DNA of 64,000 nucleotides from Alphaproteobacteria bacterium (lineage in GTDB: Bacteria > Pseudomonadota > Alphaproteobacteria > UBA6615): positions 94-64,093 of the forward strand of contig PBMH01000041.1 in assembly GCA_002722515.1 (NCBI GenBank), in the 5' to 3' direction. The translations under genes were made by a program, and so were the position numbers. Positions within the stretch are counted from its first letter, which is position 1. Each line of letters begins with the position of its first letter. Positions 1 to 9,135 of this stretch are shown piece after piece. The notes under the pieces are model-generated. The model searched no databases, was not told where the DNA came from, and worked only from the letters and a program-made list of their open reading frames with translations.

Positions 1-978
1 TCGGTCAATCTGTTTGGAAAGTGTTACGCAGCTCCTTTTGCTATCGCGCCTATGGGATTGCCAGGGCTCGTTCTGCCCGGGGGCGAAAAGGTTTTTGCCC
101 GCGCCGCCGCGGCCAACGAGATACCGTTCACACTGGGCACCTCGGCGATGGCTACGATCGAGGATGTTGCGGCTCTCGCCGAGGGGTTCGTTTGGTTCCA
201 AATGTACCGAATGCCGCGCGACGATCTCGCCATTAATATGGACTGGATCGCCCGAGCCACAGTTGCGGAAGTGGCCGCGCTCGTGGTGACCGTCGACGTA
301 CCGGCGCGCACCAAGCGCCCGCGCGAGCTGCGGAACCGGTTGGTGCTGCCCTATCGGATCGGCCCGCGCACGATCGCCGACGTCGTGACTCGGCCAGCTT
401 GGTTACGTGCCTATTTTCGCCACGGCCAGCAACTTTTCGCGAATATGCAGAAATATGTGTCGGACAACCCGACGCCGGCTGAAGCTGCAGAATTTGCGCG
501 CGGTGAGGGCGGTGGTTCTTTCGCTTGGGACGAGATCGCACGTTTCCGTGACGTCTGGAAAGGCCCGCTGATTGTAAAGGGCATTCTGCATCCGGGTGAT
601 GCCGAGCGGGCGGTGGCTCTGGGGGCGGACGGCATCGTAGTCTCTAATCATGGAGGTCGGCAGTTTGAGGCTGCGCCAGCCTCGGTGGACATGCTGCCAG
701 CGATTGTTGCTGCGACCGGGGCGCAGACGAATGTCTTATTCGATGGTGGGATCCGCAGTGGAGCAGACTTGGTGCGCACTAGCGCACTGGGAGCTCGCTT
801 CAACCTGATTGGTCGGGCCTTTATGTACGGACTGGCGGCTTTGGGCGACGAGGGGCCGGATTTCGTTGCTGACTTTTTTATCGAGGAGCTGCGTGAGGCT
901 CTGCGCCAGCTCGGCGCACGCGATTTGGTAGAGGCCCGTGAGCTGGAATTACGGCATCCGACGGCATGGGCGTTTTAG
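1..978 (+). CDS. FMN-dependent alpha-hydroxy acid oxidase/dehydrogenase (LldD/MdlB family), 5'-truncated by window edge
   Basis: Frame is open from base 1 (SVNLFGK..APFAIAPMG). Motifs WFQMY, VTVD, KGILHPGDA, VSNHGGRQ and FDGGIRSG are present. Confidence 0.9.
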   Translation, partial: SVNLFGKCYAAPFAIAPMGLPGLVLPGGEKVFARAAAANEIPFTLGTSAMATIEDVAALAEGFVWFQMYRMPRDDLAINMDWIARATVAEVAALVVTVDVPARTKRPRELRNRLVLPYRIGPRTIADVVTRPAWLRAYFRHGQQLFANMQKYVSDNPTPAEAAEFARGEGGGSFAWDEIARFRDVWKGPLIVKGILHPGDAERAVALGADGIVVSNHGGRQFEAAPASVDMLPAIVAATGAQTNVLFDGGIRSGADLVRTSALGARFNLIGRAFMYGLAALGDEGPDFVADFFIEELREALRQLGARDLVEARELELRHPTAWAF

Positions 979-1173
979 TCCGCGTCTCGTGGAACACTTT
1001 AGCGAGGTTCAGGACCGCATCGATAAACGCCGAATACTATTTGTCCGATAGTAGGACGGATACGAAGGGATGCTTTGTTGAATTCGTGATTGTTGGATGG
1101 ACTATTGCAGGTGGGGCTGGCCGCCGGATCATAGCATTTTAGATTCGAGCATTCGAAACGCGGAGATGATGGC

Positions 1174-2037
1174 ATGAACTACGAAACCTTGAAAATTTCG
1201 CGCGATGGCGCAATCGTGACCCTAACCCTAAATCGGCCTGATTGCCTGAATGCGTTCACCGTGCAAATGGCGCGCGAGCTTATAGTGGCGTTTGATGAGC
1301 TAGATGCCGATGACGCTGTGCGTGCGGTTATCGTAACTGGCGCCGGGCGAGCGTTCTGCGCTGGGATGGACCTGTCAGGGGAAGGAAATGTCTTCGGCCT
1401 AGACGAGAATGTCGACCCGTACGGGCCGGATGCGCAAAGAATTCGCGATACGGGTGGTGAGGTTGTGCTGCGCATTTATCGCATGAACAAGCCGGTGATT
1501 GCGGCAATCAACGGAGTAGCGGTAGGTGTTGGGGCAACAATGACGCTGGCGATGGATGCCCGTATTTTATCCAACGAGGCAAAAATCGGTTTTGTGTTCT
1601 CTAAGATTGGAATTTCCTTGGAATCCTGTGCGAGCTGGTTTCTGCCGCGGCTCGTAGGAATTGAAACAGCTCTTGATTGGACGCTATCCGCCGAAATTAT
1701 AGAGGCCCAGGCGGCGCACGCCGCAGGTTTAGCGCGTGCGGTAGTATCAGGCGGCGAACTTCTGCAGGCTGCGCGCAGTGTCGCGCAACGATTTACTGCC
1801 GCAACGTCTCCGGTGTCTGTGGCAGTTAACCGGCAACTACTCTGGCGTATGGCGGGTGCGACCCATCCGATGGAGGCGCACAAAGTCGAAACGCGAACGA
1901 TGTTTGATCTCAGTCAGGCTGATGGGCGCGAAGGTGTGAACGCTTTCAAGGAAGGGCGTAACCCTGAATTTGGTACCGCTATCCGTCAACGAATGCCCCG
2001 AGGCCTCGACTGGGACGGTGAACCAGACTTCGCCTAG
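1174..2037 (+). CDS. Enoyl-CoA hydratase/isomerase (crotonase) family protein
   Basis: TLNRPD..NA, TGAGRAFCAGMDL and KPVIAAING.AVGVG motifs. GGAGA RBS upstream. Confidence 0.9.
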   Translation: MNYETLKISRDGAIVTLTLNRPDCLNAFTVQMARELIVAFDELDADDAVRAVIVTGAGRAFCAGMDLSGEGNVFGLDENVDPYGPDAQRIRDTGGEVVLRIYRMNKPVIAAINGVAVGVGATMTLAMDARILSNEAKIGFVFSKIGISLESCASWFLPRLVGIETALDWTLSAEIIEAQAAHAAGLARAVVSGGELLQAARSVAQRFTAATSPVSVAVNRQLLWRMAGATHPMEAHKVETRTMFDLSQADGREGVNAFKEGRNPEFGTAIRQRMPRGLDWDGEPDFA

Positions 2038-2102
2038 GTCCGAACCGAGGATCTTTGGGGCACTTAAAATTCCAGCCAGATTGACGTATGAGTTAGTACA
2101 AG

Positions 2103-3110
2103 ATGTCAGAGGATCCCATATACAGGCGTTTGTCTGTCGCCCCTATGATGGACTGGACAGACCGTCACGAGCGGTTCTTTCTGCGCCAGATCAGCGCACA
2201 TGTACGGCTCTATACAGAGATGGTTACAACGGGTGCGATCCTACATGGCCGGCGCGATCGGCTGCTGGCGAATGATTCGGCTGAGCACCCAGTAGCACTA
2301 CAACTCGGTGGATCAGAACCCGCGGACCTAGCCGAATGTGCCCGGATTGGGGCCGATTTCGGATTTGACGAGATCAATCTTAACGTTGGTTGCCCCTCCG
2401 ATCGGGTGCAGTCGGGCCAGTTTGGTGCGTGCCTGATGGCTGAGCCAGACTTGGTGGCTGACGGCGTTACGGCGATGCGTGCCGCAGTCGATATACCTGT
2501 GACCGTTAAGCACCGGATCGCAATTGACGATATGCCGGAATGGGAGACGTTGATTGGGTTCGTTGACCGGGTTGCGGACGCGGGTTGTGAGCACTTCATC
2601 GTGCACGCCCGTAAAGCGCTGCTTCAGGGGTTGAGTCCCAAAGAAAACCGGGAGGTGCCGCCGCTGCACTATGACCTTGTCCATCGCCTGAGAGCTGAAT
2701 GCCCCAGTCTGCACATTACCATTAACGGCGGGATAGAGACTTTGGATGATGCGATGGTGCATCTCAAGCATGTGGACGGGGTGATGCTCGGCCGTGCAGC
2801 ATATCATAACCCGTATGTTCTGGCGGCTGCGGACCGGCTGGTATTCGGATCGGACACGCCTGTAACGACCCGGCACGAGGTCATCAGAGCCTATTGTGCG
2901 TATATCGAACGCGAAATCGCTGCTGGAACCCAGCTGACGGCGATGACTCGGCATATTCTTGGTCTGTTCAATGGTGTACCTGGCGCTCGTGCGTTTCGTC
3001 GCTATCTGTCAGAGAATGCACCGGGCTTCGAGGGAACGCCAGGAGAGGGCGTTGCGCTGGTCCGCACGGCGGTGAGCTTCGTTTCTGAAGACCGTTGTGC
3101 CGCAGCCTGA
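2103..3110 (+). CDS. dusA: tRNA-dihydrouridine(20/20a) synthase DusA
   Basis: LSVAPMMDWTDRH, LYTEMV, INLNVGCPSDRVQSG.FGACLM and GLSPKENREVPPL motifs. Confidence 0.95.
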   Translation: MSEDPIYRRLSVAPMMDWTDRHERFFLRQISAHVRLYTEMVTTGAILHGRRDRLLANDSAEHPVALQLGGSEPADLAECARIGADFGFDEINLNVGCPSDRVQSGQFGACLMAEPDLVADGVTAMRAAVDIPVTVKHRIAIDDMPEWETLIGFVDRVADAGCEHFIVHARKALLQGLSPKENREVPPLHYDLVHRLRAECPSLHITINGGIETLDDAMVHLKHVDGVMLGRAAYHNPYVLAAADRLVFGSDTPVTTRHEVIRAYCAYIEREIAAGTQLTAMTRHILGLFNGVPGARAFRRYLSENAPGFEGTPGEGVALVRTAVSFVSEDRCAAA

Positions 3111-3127
3111 TCCCTCCATCATCTTCC

Positions 3128-4054
3128 TCAAACTTGTTTTGTATTCTCTTCCTCTCTTCGACTATTGGACAGGGTTGCCAGCGCGGTTCGTAGATTGCCA
3201 TCGTGTGCTTCCAGCAGCGCAACGGCATCAGTCATTTTTTGACCGTGTGCGACAAGAATCGCGGGCTTGACGGCGTTACCGCTTGCGTTGAGAGCAGCTC
3301 GGGCGGCGGCTTCATCGACGCCAGAAGCCGCCATGACGATCCGCGCAGCTCGGTCGTGAAGTTTTTGGCTCGAAGCAATAACATCGACCATCATCCCGCG
3401 ATAAATCCGGTTGAGGCGGATCATGATCAGGGTTGATAGCAGGTTGAGCGTTACTTTCTGCGCAGTGCCCGCCGTCATGCGGGTCGATCCGCGGATCGGT
3501 TCCGGCCCGGAATCGAGAAGGATTGGGTATTCGGCCGCTGCTAGCAGAGGCGCATCGGGATTATTGGCAATCCCGATGCATATCGCGCCGGCCGTTCGGG
3601 CGGCCTCGCAAGCGCCAAGCGCATAGGGTGTGCTGCCGCTTGCAGACAGAGAAATGCAAATGTCTGCCGATCCGATCTTGATCGCCTTGGCGTCGCGTCC
3701 CGCCTGTGCAGCGTCGTCCTCTGCACCTTCCATCGTTTGGGTAAGGGCATTCGCGCCGCCGGCGATAAGGTAGCCTAGGCGAGCATGTGTCCAGCCGAAT
3801 GTAGGAACGAGTTCCACTCCGTCCTGTACTCCGAGGCGGATTGACGTACCCGCACCAGCGTAGATAATTCGTCCGTCCGAGTTTTTCTGTAGACGTGCGG
3901 CGGAGGCCTGTGCGGCAGCAGTCAGACAAGGTAACGCAGCGCGGACGGCAGCAAGGCCATCGTCCTGAGCATTGAGGATTAGCGTGGCTATCTCGGTGTC
4001 ACTTCGGATCTCGAGATCGCGATATATCTCTGCGAATTCTTCAGTTTTACGCAT
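3128..4054 (-). CDS. murQ: N-acetylmuramic acid 6-phosphate etherase MurQ
   Basis: GRIIYAGAGTS.RLGVQD..EL.PTFG, EGAEDD, SASGSTPY, GPE.I.GSTRM.AGTAQK..LN.LST and MVDV.A motifs. Confidence 0.92.
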   Translation of the reverse strand: MRKTEEFAEIYRDLEIRSDTEIATLILNAQDDGLAAVRAALPCLTAAAQASAARLQKNSDGRIIYAGAGTSIRLGVQDGVELVPTFGWTHARLGYLIAGGANALTQTMEGAEDDAAQAGRDAKAIKIGSADICISLSASGSTPYALGACEAARTAGAICIGIANNPDAPLLAAAEYPILLDSGPEPIRGSTRMTAGTAQKVTLNLLSTLIMIRLNRIYRGMMVDVIASSQKLHDRAARIVMAASGVDEAAARAALNASGNAVKPAILVAHGQKMTDAVALLEAHDGNLRTALATLSNSRREEENTKQV

Positions 4055-4192
4055 CTGTCACTTTGCCTGAGATCACGAATCCTCCATAGCATATGCGACC
4101 GCGTCGCTATTTCCTAAACATGGAGCTTGATAGCTAATGTAGAATAGGGGCTGGCGGTGGAACGACGCGGGAACGAACAACAGCGGTAGGCT

Positions 4193-5098
4193 ATGAGTGA
4201 GCGTTTGTATTGTTGCGTTGACGGCGGTGCCAGTAACACGCGGGTGGCATTGTTTGATGAAGCAGGTCACCGACTTGGCTTGACCGTGACGGGACCAACG
4301 AGCCTCACCGTGCGCGGTACTGACGCATGGATAGAAATTCTTGCCGCCTTGGAAAATCTCTCTCGGGCGGTCGCGCTTGACGCTGCGTATCTATCTAGGA
4401 CCCACTTCGGCATCGGTCTGGCTGGGGCCAACAATGGTGCGCAGCGTCAAAAATTTCTGGACGCAGCACCAGATAACTGTGCGCTACGGGTGTCGACGGA
4501 TGCGTATATTGCAGCGCTTGCCGCCCATGGCGGTAGTCCTGGCGCGGTAATCATCATTGGGACCGGCAGCGTTGGTTACCGGATTGAGGCAGCGGGTCGT
4601 TGCCGGATAGTCGGCGGTTGGGGATTCCCCATTGGAGACGAAGGTAGCGGCGCCTGGATCGGGCGGCGTGCGGTGGCGCAGATCGCGCAGATTGTTGACA
4701 CCCGTTTTCGTAAGCGGGTCACGGATATGCACCGTGCGGTTATGGCCGTAACGGGCAATTCGCGCGACGTTTTGCTCGACTGGCTGCTCGCGGCTCCGCC
4801 AGCACGTTTCGCTGAGCTGGCGCCACTTGTCGTCGAGCATGCTGGGCGGGGCGATACGGCCGCACTCGAGATTGTTAGCGAGGCCGGACGGGAGATTGAT
4901 GCTCTTGCTGACGCGCTGGACTCGAGTCGGCGTATACCCTTGGCACTTTCCGGTGGGCTTGCCGCGCCGCTGGACGCATTCCTGCCGGACCGCTTGCGAA
5001 GTTGGATTCGAATGCCGCAGGAGGATCCGATAAGCGGCGCTCTGATGCTGGCCAGGGGGCGTGCGCCGGATGAAACAATCATGTTGCAGAACCGATGA
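4193..5098 (+). CDS. BadF/BadG/BcrA/BcrD-family sugar kinase (GlcNAc/MurNAc kinase-like)
   Basis: VDGGASNTR, IGLAG, TDAYIA, IIGTGS and GGWGFPIGDEGSGAWIG motifs. Divergent from murQ and overlaps the nagA start. Confidence 0.85.
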   Translation: MSERLYCCVDGGASNTRVALFDEAGHRLGLTVTGPTSLTVRGTDAWIEILAALENLSRAVALDAAYLSRTHFGIGLAGANNGAQRQKFLDAAPDNCALRVSTDAYIAALAAHGGSPGAVIIIGTGSVGYRIEAAGRCRIVGGWGFPIGDEGSGAWIGRRAVAQIAQIVDTRFRKRVTDMHRAVMAVTGNSRDVLLDWLLAAPPARFAELAPLVVEHAGRGDTAALEIVSEAGREIDALADALDSSRRIPLALSGGLAAPLDAFLPDRLRSWIRMPQEDPISGALMLARGRAPDETIMLQNR

Positions 5099-6192
5099 CC
5101 CAATCCGATCGCAATGGTTGCATTTTAACCCCCGATGGCTGGGTCGAAGGGCGAATAGAATTTGACAGTCATGTCCTTGCCATTGTTGAGGACGAACCTA
5201 AGCGGGATACGTCCTACATCATTCCCGGTTTTGTCGATCTACACGTGCCCGGTGGCGGTGGTGCCGATGTGATGCAGGGGGCTGATGCTGTGCGCACAAC
5301 TGCCCGCCTCCACGCTAGACATGGCACAACGTCATTCCTTCCGGCCACGGTCACTGCGCCCGAGCAAGAACTCGTCGTCGCACTCACCAATATTGGCAAG
5401 GTACAAACGGATCGGCGGCTCGGCGAAGCGCGGGTCCTCGGGGCTCATATGGAGGGGCCGTATATCAATGCAGCGCGGCTCGGTGCGCAGCCACCATTTG
5501 CTCGCAAGCCGGATCCAAGTTTCCTTGCGGCAGTTATCGGCGACGGCGTCGTAAAACTCGTCACCTTGGCCCCCGAGATTGAAGGTGGGCTTGATATGGT
5601 TCGACAGATGACGGCGGCAGGCATCGTAGTCCAGATAGGTCATTCGGACGCCGACTATGAGACGGCTAATGCAGCTCTTAAAGCGGGTGCGCGTGGCTTT
5701 ACGCATCTATTCAATGCAATGTCGGAGCTTCATCACCGTGCGCCTGGTGTTGTTGGCGCCGCTCTTGCACACGCGGAGTATGCTGCCATGATACCCGATG
5801 GAATTCATGTGGCACCCGGTGCGATGAATGTGGCGTTGCGGGCGATCCCGAAGCTATTCTGTGTAACGGATGCGACGGCGGCGGCGGGCATGGACGACGG
5901 CGAGTACCCACTCGGTGACCATATGGTTACTAAGCGGGGCGACAGGGTTGTCCTTGATGACGAGACCATCGCTGGTAGCACACTGACAATGGACCGGGCG
6001 CTGGCAAACTTGATGGCGATGGGATTGTCGCTAGCTGAGGCGAGCGACCGATTGTCCGTTTATCCGGCTGACTTTATAGGGCTAGATGATCGCGGTCGTA
6101 TCCAGCCTGGCGCCTGGGCCGACTTTGTTGTTCTGGATCCGGAACACAGGTTGGTCGAGGTTTTTGTCGAGGGTCAGCCCGTCTGCGCTTAA
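5095..6192 (+). CDS. nagA: N-acetylglucosamine-6-phosphate deacetylase
   Basis: PGFVDLH.., HGTTS, HMEGPY, TLAPE, GHSDA, THLFNAM, VTDA and IAGSTLTMD motifs. Confidence 0.92.
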   Translation: MTQSDRNGCILTPDGWVEGRIEFDSHVLAIVEDEPKRDTSYIIPGFVDLHVPGGGGADVMQGADAVRTTARLHARHGTTSFLPATVTAPEQELVVALTNIGKVQTDRRLGEARVLGAHMEGPYINAARLGAQPPFARKPDPSFLAAVIGDGVVKLVTLAPEIEGGLDMVRQMTAAGIVVQIGHSDADYETANAALKAGARGFTHLFNAMSELHHRAPGVVGAALAHAEYAAMIPDGIHVAPGAMNVALRAIPKLFCVTDATAAAGMDDGEYPLGDHMVTKRGDRVVLDDETIAGSTLTMDRALANLMAMGLSLAEASDRLSVYPADFIGLDDRGRIQPGAWADFVVLDPEHRLVEVFVEGQPVCA

Positions 6193-6193
6193 C

Positions 6194-7324
6194 TTAGTCT
6201 CGCCAGCTACCCAGTATGTCGTCGCCTGATGCGCCGGCATCGAGCTGTGTCCTCAAATCGGAATGGCCGAACAGATTGTCGATTGCGAACCCGCCTTCGC
6301 TAGATGGCAGCCATTTAAAATCGGGGTAATGTGCTATCAGCCAGGCCAGCAGGTGTATCCCGAATGCCAGCGGCTTCTGAGGTAATCCCTTGGAGGTCCA
6401 GATCACGACTCCGGGAAGGCTTTTTCCTGCGTATGGCGGGCGGGTGAAAAAGATATCTTTCGGCGCGGCGCCGAACCCTGTCATCCATTGATTGATGTGC
6501 TTCGAGAGTAGCTCGTTTTTTAGCCCCGGTACGGCGACTGCGCGGAAGGAAAAGGATGTGCCACGGCACTCGCTTACATTCGTTGCTTCGAGAAGCACTA
6601 GGCCCGCGTACGCAGTTACCGCATCCGGATGCGGAAGCGCTGGTGATGGTGGTGTCCAGCCCAAAGGGGGCTTAAGTGATACATCGGCGGGATATACCGT
6701 GAAGCGCGCTTGCTTGGCCAATTCGGCAACATCTAGGGTAATAAGATCACCGATGGTTAGGCCATGCACGAAGGGCACGTCGAAATAGGCAAGCAGAGAC
6801 TGGCGTTCGGGTTGTGGTCGGGGACCTGCCGTAGTGGGCCCCAATGGGTTGGCACGGTCACAGACGATCACTTCGATATCACGTTCGATTGCTGCGGTGG
6901 CGAGCTTCGCCGCAGTTGCGGCGTATGTGTAACAGCGAACGCCGACATCACGGAGATCGATGATCAGTGTGTCCAGATCCTCAGGAATATTGGCCGCATA
7001 GCCTTGGGAACCTTGGTACAAGCTCAAGACCGAAAGCCCGGTCAGCTGGTCTTCGGTGTCCTTGACGACCGCGCCAGCCTTTTCCGCTAACCGAATCCCA
7101 TGTTCGGGTGTGAACAAGCGCAAAAGTTTTCCGCCACATGTATCGAGGTTGCGTTGCACTGCGAGGCTGGCTGGTACCTGTTCAATGGTTGTCGCCGCGT
7201 GGTTGGTCAGCATGCCGATTTGCGTGCCTGCTAAGCGGCGAATCATTGGCTCGTCAGCGATGAAGCGGTCGATCCCGGACAAGGCACGCGTTTCCGTTAC
7301 AGCACTTTCTTCAGCCTCGGTCAT
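6194..7324 (-). CDS. namZ: Exo-beta-N-acetylmuramidase NamZ-like protein (DUF1343)
   Basis: LTNH, LF.PEHG, SLY, DL.DVGVR.YTY, DR.NPLG, HGLTIG, W.PPSP and E.TNVSE.RGT motifs. No obvious signal peptide. Confidence 0.8.
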   Translation of the reverse strand: MTEAEESAVTETRALSGIDRFIADEPMIRRLAGTQIGMLTNHAATTIEQVPASLAVQRNLDTCGGKLLRLFTPEHGIRLAEKAGAVVKDTEDQLTGLSVLSLYQGSQGYAANIPEDLDTLIIDLRDVGVRCYTYAATAAKLATAAIERDIEVIVCDRANPLGPTTAGPRPQPERQSLLAYFDVPFVHGLTIGDLITLDVAELAKQARFTVYPADVSLKPPLGWTPPSPALPHPDAVTAYAGLVLLEATNVSECRGTSFSFRAVAVPGLKNELLSKHINQWMTGFGAAPKDIFFTRPPYAGKSLPGVVIWTSKGLPQKPLAFGIHLLAWLIAHYPDFKWLPSSEGGFAIDNLFGHSDLRTQLDAGASGDDILGSWRD

Positions 7325-7576
7325 TACCGTAGCCTAGCAGCGGGCCGGATGCCGTATAACGGCGGGAGAGATTTTCTCAGTCCACATACTTAACCAATGC
7401 GGTAACTTGTCCGATCGTGTAGGAATGCAAGTTATTATATCCCAAGAAAACCCGCAGTACTTAGTCTACTTAGGGATCGGATCGCGTTTTCGGATTTTTA
7501 AGTGTGAAGCCCGTTTCCGCTGAATGTGGCCTGTATTTTTCGTGACTTGCACGGCTAATTCGTATTAGCCAGCATG

Positions 7577-7933
7577 TTAACCAATACTGCGTAAGCGCGG
7601 GCGGCTTTTAATGGCCGCCAGAACGGTGTTGAGGTTTTCACTCTGTTTCAGGCACTGCGGTCCGCGTGAAACGGCAAATACCTCGGGGCGTCCGCTCTTG
7701 CTAGGAAATTTCTCGATGGCATAGAGTGCATGTTCGGCGGTATGTCGGAAAACTGAGAAGACGGCGCGGTCGCGCGTGAAGTCCATCGCGTAGTCTCGCC
7801 ATTCGCCGGTTGCGACGCGTCGGCTGTATTCGTTGAGAAGTATTCGGAGTTCGTTGCGGTTGAATGTGACCTTACCTGCCTTGCTCTTCGACTTGTGCCG
7901 GGTCTGATTAGAACTCATGAGAAGAGTACTCAT
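7577..7933 (-). CDS. DUF2794 family protein
   Basis: FNR.EL..LL..Y.R.VA.GEWRDYAMDF..D.AVFSVFR pattern, typical of alphaproteobacterial DUF2794. Confidence 0.85.
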   Translation of the reverse strand: MSTLLMSSNQTRHKSKSKAGKVTFNRNELRILLNEYSRRVATGEWRDYAMDFTRDRAVFSVFRHTAEHALYAIEKFPSKSGRPEVFAVSRGPQCLKQSENLNTVLAAIKSRPRLRSIG

Positions 7934-8143
7934 CTATGATAGTTGGTCCATCGCAAAGAGTTTTCCCGATTTTAGGAGGTGTGTCCAGCGTGGCCCGGTC
8001 GTTTGTGCAGGGATCTCGGTTTCAGACTGGTGGGGGCTTTGCAGCGGGTCACCTAGGCGCTCGAGTGACAATAGACAATGTGTGACTGGTCTGCGTTATC
8101 CTCAGGGAGTTGTTGGCTAACAAGAGGCCGCACGGAGAACGTA

Positions 8144-8365
8144 ATGACATAAGCGATATTTGTTGCCGGTGGCACTTGATGTCGTCTGGACTAACAAGTT
8201 TTTCGGTTCGGTCACCGTCATGGCACTGGTACCGCGCGGTTCATGCGAGGGGATGTCTGTGGAACGGCTTTCGTAGAGCAGTACAGTCGCAAAAATGGTT
8301 TTGATGCACGTGTGCATAGCTGGATTTGCCGTGAATCTTTCGTGATTGTGTCTTCGCCGGGCTAA
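8144..8365 (+). pseudogene. Degraded NAD-dependent epimerase (galE-like) N-terminal relic
   Basis: GGAGA RBS plus ATG, then MT*AIFVAGGT*..LD*..FGHRH...RFMRGDV...F...GFDARVH...ES with three internal stops. Resembles GalE ILVTGG../LDNLSTGHR/GDV/FDAV.H/GES. Confidence 0.5.
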
Positions 8366-8488
8366 AAAATGGTGTGGCCCCTTATTCGCTTAGATCAAAA
8401 CGCCTTTAAACGGTTGATTTCGGTGCCCCGGACGGCGATATAGCAACGTGCTATGCTCACGCGAAGTTCTTGAAAAGGAATTGTTTTC

Positions 8489-9133
8489 GTGTCGGACCAA
8501 CTGTTCCGCGAAGTGGACGAAGAAGTACGCCAGGACCGCCTCCAGAACCTCTGGAAGCGTTACGGCATATATGCGGCGATTGCAGCGGTAGCAATTGTTG
8601 TTGGCACGGTTGCGTTCGTGCTTTGGCAGGACGCTCAGAAAAGCGCGCGTGACGCCGACAGCGCCCGATTCCTGAATGCCGTCGTTCAGGAAAGTACGGC
8701 AGCTGATTCGGCACTGCTTGAACTGCGCGAGCTGGGGAACGAGGGCACGGTGGCTTATCGGTTCTTGGCGAAGCTGCGCGAAGGTCGCCTGTTAGCCGAC
8801 CAAGGTGACAGGGCTCAGGCCCTGGTTATATTTGATTCAATCTCGGCAGATTCCGGTCTTGGCGACACCTATCGTGACCTAGCAAGGTTGTTGGCCGTTG
8901 CAAACGGCTTGGATGTGTTGTCGCAGAATGAAGTTGAAGAACGTATTGGTTCGTTAAATTCCCCAGACAATCCGTTTTGCGTTACTGCGCGCGAGTTTCT
9001 GGCGTTAGCTGCGATGCAGGTCGGGGATAATGCGCGCGCGGAAGAGCTATTGCGAGCTAATCTGTCTGACGCATCGGCGCCGGTCGCCTCGCGTGCTCGG
9101 GCCTCCGAAATTCTGACTGCGATCGGGCGCTGA
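8489..9133 (+). CDS. YfgM-like TPR membrane chaperone (DUF2659 type)
   Basis: FREVDEEVRQDR...LWKRYG followed by a single TM helix. Canonical position before bamB-der. Confidence 0.85.
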   Translation: MSDQLFREVDEEVRQDRLQNLWKRYGIYAAIAAVAIVVGTVAFVLWQDAQKSARDADSARFLNAVVQESTAADSALLELRELGNEGTVAYRFLAKLREGRLLADQGDRAQALVIFDSISADSGLGDTYRDLARLLAVANGLDVLSQNEVEERIGSLNSPDNPFCVTAREFLALAAMQVGDNARAEELLRANLSDASAPVASRARASEILTAIGR

Positions 9134-9135
9134 AG

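Noticed and set aside
3111-3165. Purine-rich tail after murQ that looks like an RBS plus the start (KTSLRKMM) of a deleted transporter gene
   Set aside because: Too short, has no start codon and has no diagnostic motif.
7390-7410. TTAACCAATGCGGTAAC as a possible CtrA box
   Set aside because: The second half-site and spacing do not fit TTAA-N7-TTAA, so it is too weak to call.
7553-7570. Hairpin GGCTAAT-TCGT-ATTAGCC downstream of DUF2794
   Set aside because: No adjacent U-tract on either strand, so it cannot be supported as an intrinsic terminator.
7934-8140. Possible further gene relic upstream of DUF2794
   Set aside because: The translations I examined gave no convincing family motif.
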